Shown here: in pieces, positions 25,204 to 32,000 of the stretch
Layout of the letters: each line of letters begins with the position of its first letter
How positions within the stretch are numbered: position 1 is the stretch's first letter
DNA from: Candidatus Scalindua sp.
GTDB lineage: Bacteria > Planctomycetota > Brocadiia > Brocadiales > Scalinduaceae
Direction: 5' to 3'
Length of the DNA: 32,000 nt
NCBI GenBank assembly: GCA_031316235.1
Contig: JALDRA010000001.1
Location: 3,270,001 to 3,302,000, forward strand
Notes under the pieces: model-generated
The model's input: only the letters and a program-made list of their open reading frames with translations
Told to the model about the DNA's origin: nothing
Databases searched by the model: none
Position numbers and translations under genes: made by a program

Positions 25204-25656
25204 ATGCCGGAAGAAATCAATAACCAAAAGATCAATTATCCGGAGATTAAGGCTGCCTGGATGGGCTTTACGAAGAGTGTACGACTTCTGCTTGTTCCAC
25301 AACAGGATGATCGCCCTCTGGATCAGTACCTGGAATTTCGAGATGCAGTTTTTGTGATTGTGGAGGGCGAAAAATTCCTTGATGAACTGCAGAATGCATG
25401 GGTACCGTTTACCGATACGCCTCAAAAAGAAGTTGGTGGAGCCCTTCTCATGGAGCTGAAAGCATTTCCGCTGGCTATAGAGGTGGCACAAGCTACTGAA
25501 AAAACTACAGTGGAGTCGAAAGGATGGATGAAGAGGTGGCTGGGAAGGGCTTCCGTTGTGACAGGTAGTATCAAAGATATGCTCGGCACTTCTCCTTATA
25601 TCAAAAGTGCTATTACCCTTTTCGAGGAGTTGTTTGACCTGTTTAAGGGGAAGTAA
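25204..25656 (+). CDS. Hypothetical protein (150 aa)
   Basis: Strong RBS (aaaggaggagttagagatATG) and an uninterrupted ORF. I recognise no motif. Confidence 0.55.
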   Translation: MPEEINNQKINYPEIKAAWMGFTKSVRLLLVPQQDDRPLDQYLEFRDAVFVIVEGEKFLDELQNAWVPFTDTPQKEVGGALLMELKAFPLAIEVAQATEKTTVESKGWMKRWLGRASVVTGSIKDMLGTSPYIKSAITLFEELFDLFKGK

Positions 25657-25733
25657 TAGTTGTTTATTTTGATTTTATTGTAAAGCATAAACTTTTCTCG
25701 TAATGAGAAATTCGGTATATGGGAGTAACATAA

Positions 25734-26501
25734 ATGGACAGCGAGATTGAGTATGAGAAAAAATGGATTGATGGACTAAATCGAGGTGATATTTCGGTTG
25801 CCGATGAAGTATTTGATAAGGATTGCGATTTTTATCTCGACGGGAGTCAAAATCCACTTAATTTTGTAGCATTTAAGGATAAGGTGAAGAAAGATCTGGA
25901 CGATTTCGCCGGGATGCAACTTATCATCACGGATCAAATTATTTCTGGTGACAGGAACGTTTTTCGATGGATATCAGAGGGCTTGTGTAAAGAAAATCTT
26001 ATTCAACGTGAAGGTATTATCTTAGACGAAGTAAAGGATGGTAAAGTAGTCGTACGATGGGAAAATTCTAGACAGAAGGAGGTGATGAAACAGCCTGATC
26101 ATATGCAACCGGATAAATGTTGTACCATTGTACCACATTTCGGAGTTCTAAGCGGTAAGCTTGATGAATTTAAAGGGCTTTGCAAAGAATTGGTTATAAG
26201 AACAGGCAAAGAACCAGGCTGTCTTTATTATGGGTTCAGTTTTGATGAACACAATGAGTACAATGCGCATTGTCGTGAAGGGTATGCTAATGCTGAGGGG
26301 TTACTGTATCATATTAATAATGTAGAGGATTTACTTAAAAAGATCGAAGAAGTTGCTGTAATCTATCGCCTGGAAATTCATGGCCCCAGTGATGAATTGG
26401 AAAAGCTTGAGACGCTTCGGAAAAAGCTAGAAAGACTTAACCCCATGTTTTTTATTCTTGCGAAGGGAATTCGAAGATCAATTATAGGAGGCAAAGCATA
26501 A
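25734..26501 (+). CDS. SnoaL/NTF2-like plus ABM-like two-domain protein
   Basis: The N-terminal EKKWIDGLNRGDISVADEVFDKDCDFY...FRWISEG...EGIILDEVKDGKVVVRWEN is paralogous to 23806-24195. The C-terminal half, TIVPHFGVLSGKLDEFKGLCKELVIRTGKEPGCLYYGFSFDE...CREGYANAEGLLYHINN, is ABM-like. Confidence 0.75.
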   Translation: MDSEIEYEKKWIDGLNRGDISVADEVFDKDCDFYLDGSQNPLNFVAFKDKVKKDLDDFAGMQLIITDQIISGDRNVFRWISEGLCKENLIQREGIILDEVKDGKVVVRWENSRQKEVMKQPDHMQPDKCCTIVPHFGVLSGKLDEFKGLCKELVIRTGKEPGCLYYGFSFDEHNEYNAHCREGYANAEGLLYHINNVEDLLKKIEEVAVIYRLEIHGPSDELEKLETLRKKLERLNPMFFILAKGIRRSIIGGKA

Positions 26502-26971
26502 ATAATGTGAGAGTTATGCGTATGAAAGACAGAGACATTTTAATGAAGTTCTTAAAAATGCCTCTCGGAAATACTGATGATGTATTCAATAAATTTGCCG
26601 AAATCCCACGAGCAATTCTATGTGGAAGTGGATTGGAATAGCTTTCTTTCATAGATGTAAAACGGAAGAATAGAGTTTTGCTTGTCGCGCATGGTGATAT
26701 ATATTGGGACATTCGTGAAAAAAATATAATGAAAATATATCATTGGGAGAAAGATATTATGCCTATTTCGATAACAGATCACAAAGTGCTGTTTGATTGT
26801 GACGCCGTATGGTCAATAGCAGATTAAATGGCCTTTCATTTTTGATAGCAAAAAAGGAAGCTGAAAATAAAGAGGAAAAATTGATTCTTCATTACTATTC
26901 CATTTAAAATAACACGACGATATGCCTTGGTTTCTAATATATATGGAATCTTTCAAAAAAAGGAGATGGTT

Positions 26972-28099
26972 ATGGGTACACATTCGCTAATAGAAAAATA
27001 TAGCCCTGTCTCTGAAGCACTCAAGGGGAAAGTTGTTGGAGAAGACTATCCTCTTCCCGATTTTGGGGTAGCAGATAAAGAGTGCTTAAAGGGTTACCGT
27101 GTGGCGCTAGTCACAACTCATGGTCCTGAATTACCAGAATTCCATGTCCCGTTGCATTACCTGCGTGAACGAGGTGCAACGGTTGATGTAGTGACGCAGG
27201 ACTGGTTGTTTGATTATCAACCTGAAGCACCCGGTATGGTAATGCTTGCACAATGGTTGGCGGTCAATGTCTGTGTCCGGGCTGACAAGAAAGTATCAGA
27301 AGCAAAAACCGATGATTATGATGCAGTTGTCACTATTGGTGGTGCATGGAATCCTATTATGCTCCGAACAGATTCTAATATTATAAATTTCATTAAAGGT
27401 GCCAAAGAACGCAATCTCCTGATTGCATCAATCTGTCATGGACCGCAACTCCTGATCAGTACACAGGCCTTTCCGCCAGGAACGTCAGCTACTGGTGTTA
27501 GCGATATCAGGCTTGACATGTCCAATGCCGGTTTTCATGTGCTGGGCAGTCCGATTGTCTATGACAAAGATCAACGGCTGATAACAAGCCCTGGTCCGAA
27601 GGCTTTAAAGGAATTCTGCGAAGAAATTGGCAGGAGATTATTGGAAATCAAAGAAAAAAAGACAACTAATACAGCTATTAATGAAACTGATGTGAAGCAG
27701 TTTGTCCGTGACTGGTTCGACAAATTCGATAACCACCCTCTTCCTCCTGTGGATGAAATGCTTTCCTTTCTGTCTGACGAAAAATTTGTTTTGAAAACTC
27801 CGGATGGCTCATTTTATTATAAGCATGAAGGCTTCAAAAAGTGGTATAAAAGTGTAGAAAATTATATTAAGCCAGTTCATACCATCAGAGCGTTAGAAGC
27901 TAAAACTTATCGAGATACGGCCACAGTTGAAATTGTAGTTCAATGGCAGGCTACTGATTCGAGTGTGAAAGATGCAGAGAGTAGGAGTGTGGACTTTTAT
28001 GCTGCACAGACATGGAAAGTCGAGCGTATGCCGGAAAACCAAAGACTTTTCATCGTATGGTACAACATTGATTACTTAATACGTACGGTGCAAACATAG
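26972..28099 (+). CDS. DJ-1/PfpI-family (class I glutamine-amidotransferase-like) domain fused to a C-terminal NTF2-like domain
   Basis: YRVALVTTHGPELPEFHVPLHYLRERGATVDVVT and the nucleophile elbow LIASICHGPQLL. The C-terminal roughly 130 aa (VKQFVRDWFDKFDN...VEIVVQWQATD...YAAQTWKVERM) look NTF2/SnoaL-like. ATG 26972 lies 6 nt after GGAG; the tracked ORF starts at TTG 26927. Confidence 0.75.
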   Translation: MGTHSLIEKYSPVSEALKGKVVGEDYPLPDFGVADKECLKGYRVALVTTHGPELPEFHVPLHYLRERGATVDVVTQDWLFDYQPEAPGMVMLAQWLAVNVCVRADKKVSEAKTDDYDAVVTIGGAWNPIMLRTDSNIINFIKGAKERNLLIASICHGPQLLISTQAFPPGTSATGVSDIRLDMSNAGFHVLGSPIVYDKDQRLITSPGPKALKEFCEEIGRRLLEIKEKKTTNTAINETDVKQFVRDWFDKFDNHPLPPVDEMLSFLSDEKFVLKTPDGSFYYKHEGFKKWYKSVENYIKPVHTIRALEAKTYRDTATVEIVVQWQATDSSVKDAESRSVDFYAAQTWKVERMPENQRLFIVWYNIDYLIRTVQT

Positions 28100-28475
28100 T
28101 TAAACAAGTGACACAGCATTTGACGACTAGATAAATGTATTGAGATCTGGAACGAGGAATATCACAGGACTTACACATTTACCGTTGATATGAATTTTAT
28201 TTCTTGAGGTGCATGCTGATGGTATGGAAAAGGCAAGACCATTAAGTATACAATAGGAATGTGCTCTATATCATGACACCTGCAGGGGGATGAGCTGAAG
28301 GCTATCTGGGTTATCTTAGGAGTCAGGTAAGAAAAGAGGCAAACCTAACCTATTGACTAAAGAGTACTATTCGTTTTTTCCTAAAATGATAATACATTTA
28401 ACAGCTTTGGTTACAAGAATATCTTGGAATTGATTAATCTTCAGGTAAATTCATTTTTTCGGTAAATATAAATAA

Positions 28476-28688
28476 TTATACAGATTTTACTTTTAAGGGT
28501 AAAGATTCTGTATCGAGCGTGGTTAAATCTATAACATTTTTAGCATGATCAATATCTATTCCAACAGGTTTTCCATGAGAGTCAAAATCAATAACAATAC
28601 CCGGGGCAACTTCATCTGCCTCGACTCCCGGTCTTTCAACAAGATGTATATAGAGAGAATCAGTATCTTTATGATAACTAAGTCTCAT
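28476..28688 (-). CDS. DUF2283-family protein (putative antitoxin)
   Basis: MRLSYHKDTDSLYIHLVERPGVEADEVAPGIVIDFDSHGKPVGIDIDHA is the DUF2283 signature. ATG 28688 follows GGAGGTGAAACAAATA and overlaps the upstream gene by 11 nt; the tracked ORF start at 28730 is probably too long. Confidence 0.8.
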   Translation of the reverse strand: MRLSYHKDTDSLYIHLVERPGVEADEVAPGIVIDFDSHGKPVGIDIDHAKNVIDLTTLDTESLPLKVKSV

Positions 28689-28935
28689 TATTTGTTTCAC
28701 CTCCTTTAAATTTTCGATCAAAAAACGCATTATGGATTGTTCTTTGATTATTAAGTGTTACAACTCTAAGAAATTTATTACCATATTCAGGTATTTTGCA
28801 CCAAAACCGATATCTACCATCTGGCTGTTTTTCAACAAATTTACTTGAGGATACTGCTTTTTCGCACCATTCCTTTTTTATATATGGCCGTTTCGAAAGA
28901 ACGTCATTTTCAAAATAAGTAGTATACTCAAACAT
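28678..28935 (-). CDS. Small DUF4258-like protein (putative toxin partner of DUF2283)
   Basis: 85 aa, RPYIKKEWCEKAVSSSKFVEKQPDGRYRFWCKIPEYGNKFLRVVTLNNQRTIHNAFFDRKF. It is translationally coupled to the DUF2283 gene. The family assignment rests on recalled similarity and genomic pairing only. Confidence 0.5.
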   Translation of the reverse strand: MFEYTTYFENDVLSKRPYIKKEWCEKAVSSSKFVEKQPDGRYRFWCKIPEYGNKFLRVVTLNNQRTIHNAFFDRKFKGGETNNET

Positions 28936-29438
28936 TCCAAGTTGAATTTCCTGAATTATCTGTATTTTTCAATATTAAATGGTTTGTTTTAATTATACTG
29001 AGGCATCATCTTGCAATCATGAATGTACAACTTTGTATTGTACCGTATTGTATTAAATATTTTTCAAACTTCTAGTATATTTTTATTATTGACTAAAGTT
29101 AAGAGGTCAACGAATTCTCATAGAAGTAAAAGGGGTTACCTATTTTGTGCCATGAACAAGTAGTTGAGTGCGAAGCAAGAAAAACTGCTTGATGCTGTAC
29201 AAAAGATGAAGGTTGTTCCTTCGAGATCGATTTTTAGAAGTAGGTCTCAAACCGCCCTGAGTTGCTGTGATAAAGAGTCATGGTAGTAAGCGTCCGGGGA
29301 AAAGGCATAGAAGATATGTCAGGTGCGTTTTAAGGAGATGAACGAAAGTTAACTATTGAGGAAGTGTCGAAAGACCCACAGATGTTGTCAAAACTGAAAT
29401 TTAATAGGAAATTCAGGAAAAGTTTGGAAGAAACCTAA

Positions 29439-31879
29439 CACTACAGCGACATTTTTTTCTTGCGCCTTTTGAGCGAATCGGTTAAACTCGCACCCATAGA
29501 GTACAGGAGGACTTTATGGGTAAGCCACCTGAAGGCCGCAGGCTTGTCATTCGAGGCCGGGAAATAAGCGAAGCGGATATAGCCGTTGTACGTGGTTTGA
29601 TAGAGCACTATGGCAACCGAGGCCGGGTATATATCTCTATCAAGTTGTCAGAACATTGGCAATGGAAACAAGCTAACGGACATCTAAAAGATCGTGCATG
29701 CCGTAGTATACTGCAATCGTTGTCCGAGAGAGGGCTTATCCAACTGCCTGCTTCCAAAAGGGCACCATCATGCAAAAACGAACGTCCGTTAGAACATGTG
29801 AGGTTGGATACCACAGAAATCAAGGGAAACATAAAGGTGTTTCTTCCGTTAAAGATAAAGAGCGTAACGGATAAAGAAAGTGGCCGCATATGGAAGTACG
29901 TCAATAGAAGATATCACTATTTGGGCTATCGAGTATTAGTAGGGCAGAACATAAGGTATTTAATATACAGCTCTGATCGATTAGTGGCGGCACTGGGCTG
30001 GCAATCCGCAGTAGAGCGGTTATATTGCAGGGACATTATCATAGGCTGGAATGTGCAGGAGCGCAGAAAGGCTTTAGACAAAGTACTAAACAATAGTCGC
30101 TTTCTGATCATGCCATGGGTAGAGGTAAAAAATATTGCATCACATATTTTATCACGAGTTGTCCGACAATTGCAGAAAGATTGGGTAGAGAAGTATGGCA
30201 CCCGATTATTATTTCTGGAAACATTTATCGATCCATCAAAATTTTCAGGAACGTGTTATCAGGCAGCTAACTGGGTAAAAATTGGCAACACGAAGGGCTA
30301 TCGTAAAAAGCAGAAAGGATTTATATACCATGGAAACAGCAAGGAGGTTTATTTTTATGTATTAGATCCACAAGGCAGACAAAAGATTAAACAAGACAAA
30401 ACAGAACCATTACTTACCCGAAAGTATCTCCTTTCAAACAGACCTTACAGCAATCTGCCATTGGAAAGGAGAAGCAGTATGATAGTACGTCCCCCGGACT
30501 GGAGTCCTGAAGTAGAACCCGGAGTTGAATTGAGTGCAAGCGATATCGGAAAGCTTGCAACAGAGTTGGAGAAGTATCACGCATTGTTTGAGGAGGGATT
30601 CAGACGGAAAGAGCAGAAAGATTTGAGCTTGTGCTATTTGCAGGGTTTATTAAGTAAGCTTGATCGTAAATCGATAGAGCCAATAGCACTTCGACTCCGA
30701 GGTAAAGATACAGTACGAAGCTTGCAACGGTTCATGGGAGAGTACAAGTGGGATGGAGAATTTATCGCTTCACGGCACAAAGAGGAACTCTCAAAACTAT
30801 TGTCCGAAGCTGATGGAGTACTCAGTCTTGATAGTAGAGAAGTGGTGAAAAAAGGAAAGGAATCGGTGGGAGTCGCTCGTCAATATTGTGGCCGTCTTGG
30901 TAAAATAGAAAATTGTCAGTCTGGAGTGTACGTGGCATATACGAGTACGAAGGGGTATGGATTGATAGACCGCCGGCTGTATATGCCTGAAAAGTGGTTT
31001 GACCCTGAGTATAAAGAGAGACGTGAAAGATGCAAAGTGCCTAAAAATTTGGTATTCAGGAAGAAACCGGAACTTGCCGTTGAGATGATTGCTGAATTGA
31101 GTACGGGTGGGCTGTTCCCATTTCGTTGGATAACGTGTGATAGTATATTTGGCAATAGCCCTGATTTTTTAGAAAATCTTCCTCCACAGGTTTTTTATCT
31201 AGCTGATATAGCAAAGAATCGGAAAGTGTTAGTGAGCACGCAAGATGGTGAAGCTTGCCGGAAGAGAGTTGAAAGAAAAGTATCCGATATAGCACAGGAC
31301 GGAAATGTAAAGTGGAAGCTGGCCCAACTTGCTGAAGGAGCAAAAGGGCCAATTTATGGATTTGTCGCTCGAACCAGGGTGTTTGCAGGCGATGACAGTA
31401 CAGCGGAGAATGAAAGATGGCTGTTTTTAAGAAAAGATCCTAAAACACATGAAATAAAGTACTGCCTCAGCAATGCTCCGGCAGAGACGGCACTTGAAGA
31501 AATGATACGTGTATGTGTATTACGCTGGCCTGTCGAGCAATCATTTCAAGAAGGCAAAAGCGAATTAGGCATGGCAGATTATGAACATCGTTCCTGGCCC
31601 GCCTGGCATAGGCATATGACGTTTGTTTTTTTGGCACAATTATTTTTGCTTAGAATACGCGGAGTATTAAAAAAAAACACCGGCTCTGACTTTACCCCAA
31701 GCTCGTATGCTGTTGGAGGCCGTTCTGCCGGTTATTCCACTTGATAAAAAATACGTAATTGAACTTATCAGGTACCACCAGAAAAGGAATTATAGTGCTT
31801 ATCGTTCTCATAGAAAAACAAAAATAAAGGAATTCAAAAAATTGCAGCGGAAGCTGAGAAAAAAAGTGTCGCTGTAGTG
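29439..31879 (+). mobile_element. Insertion sequence (IS701-like) with terminal inverted repeats
   Basis: IRL is CACTACAGCGACATTTTTTTCT (29439-29460). The reverse complement of 31857-31879 is CACTACAGCGACACTTTTTTTCT, identical except for one inserted C. There is a single long transposase frame between them. I could not identify an unambiguous target-site duplication. Confidence 0.8.
29516..31877 (+). CDS. DUF4338 plus IS701-family DDE transposase fusion, interrupted by a +1 frameshift in an A9 run
   Basis: RBS acaggaggactttATG. The N-terminal roughly 300 aa carry DUF4338 motifs (WQWKQANGHLKDRACRSILQSL..RGLIQLP; NNSRFLIMPWVEVKNIASHILS; LLFLETFIDPSKFSGTCYQAANWVKIGNTKGY). The C-terminal part is IS701-like (CYLQGLLSKLDRKSIEPIA...ARQYCGRLGKIENCQSGVYVAYTS...). 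The tracked ORF ends at 31744. Removing one A from 31669-31677 instead reads KKTPALTLPQARMLLEAVLPVIPLDKKYVIELIRYHQKRNYSAYRSHRK... up to TAG 31875-31877, which lies inside IRR. Confidence 0.7.
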
Positions 31880-32000
31880 ATACTAAATTTACCAGTCAGT
31901 ACACTGGTAGAACAAGACTGAAAAAAAATGACATCTTGTTTAGTGAATTAAAAAATGAGTATAATCGCTAATTAAGGTGTGAATCAAATCGAATGTAGTC

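Noticed and set aside
22315-26641. In-frame TAG codons (22315, 22327, 26639) as a sign of stop-codon recoding
   Set aside because: TAG is used as a genuine terminator by well-supported genes here: PAAR at 4537-4539, the 868-aa gene at 14921-14923, and the toxin-like gene at 28678-28680. The interrupted frames are also truncated at their ends, and one neighbouring fragment carries TAA instead. Ordinary pseudogene decay is the simpler reading.
26516-26827. 103-codon frame (MRMKDRDILMKFLKMPLGNTDD...E*LSFIDVKRKNRVLLVAHGDIYWD...) between the SnoaL-ABM and DJ-1 genes
   Set aside because: It is interrupted by TAG at 26639-26641, and I could not assign it confidently to any family. It is probably a decayed gene remnant, and too weak to annotate as a feature.
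28351-29098. 12-nt direct repeat TATTGACTAAAG (28351-28362 and 29087-29098) flanking the TA pair as a possible target-site duplication
   Set aside because: In a 32-kb AT-rich window, dozens of exact 12-mer coincidences are expected by chance. No inverted repeats or recombinase are associated with it. It was noted only because of its position.
29516-30415. DUF4338 as DruA of a Druantia anti-phage system
   Set aside because: The domain is fused to a DDE transposase and lies inside inverted-repeat IS boundaries. No DruB-E-like genes (large helicase with DUF1998) flank it.

Overview
All family names below come from reading motifs in the supplied translations. No database search was possible.

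The window has three parts.

(1) nt 1-21945, all on the + strand, holds the structural core of a phage-tail-like contractile injection system of the eCIS (Afp/PVC) type:
- two gp19-like tube proteins
- a DUF5908/Afp6-like peptide
- a LysM tube initiator
- a VgrG/gp5 spike
- a PAAR tip
- a gp25 wedge
- a 1313-aa baseplate-J-like protein
- an 1132-aa Afp12-like protein
- an 868-aa protein at the fibre (Afp13) position

After a hairpin-containing gap, a second transcription unit follows:
- a tape-measure-like protein
- a 1125-aa DUF4157/HExxH protein with a C-terminal HNH-type nuclease motif, the candidate payload
- a small two-TM protein
- an Afp15-like AAA+ ATPase

Sheath and cap genes are not in the window and presumably lie upstream. 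The left edge cuts through an AT-rich coiled-coil gene.

(2) nt 21946-29438 is an AT-rich accessory stretch full of gene decay:
- a Y1/RAYT transposase fragment
- an intact hicB next to a truncated hicA
- an internal IS110 transposase fragment abutting a 5'-truncated ABM-SnoaL gene
- a four-helix-bundle (23S-IVS/Avd-like) gene bracketed by GTGAAAGG-type inverted repeats
- a DUF1360 membrane protein
- a SnoaL-ABM fusion
- a DJ-1/PfpI-NTF2 fusion
- a DUF4258-like/DUF2283 toxin-antitoxin pair

(3) nt 29439-31879 is an IS bounded by about 22-bp inverted repeats. It encodes a DUF4338-IS701 fusion transposase that is frameshifted in an A9 run.

The most interesting items are the eCIS locus with its non-canonical components: the DUF4157-HNH payload, the two-TM partner and the nucleotidyltransferase-like tail on the fibre-position protein. 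The repeat-bracketed four-helix-bundle cassette is also notable.
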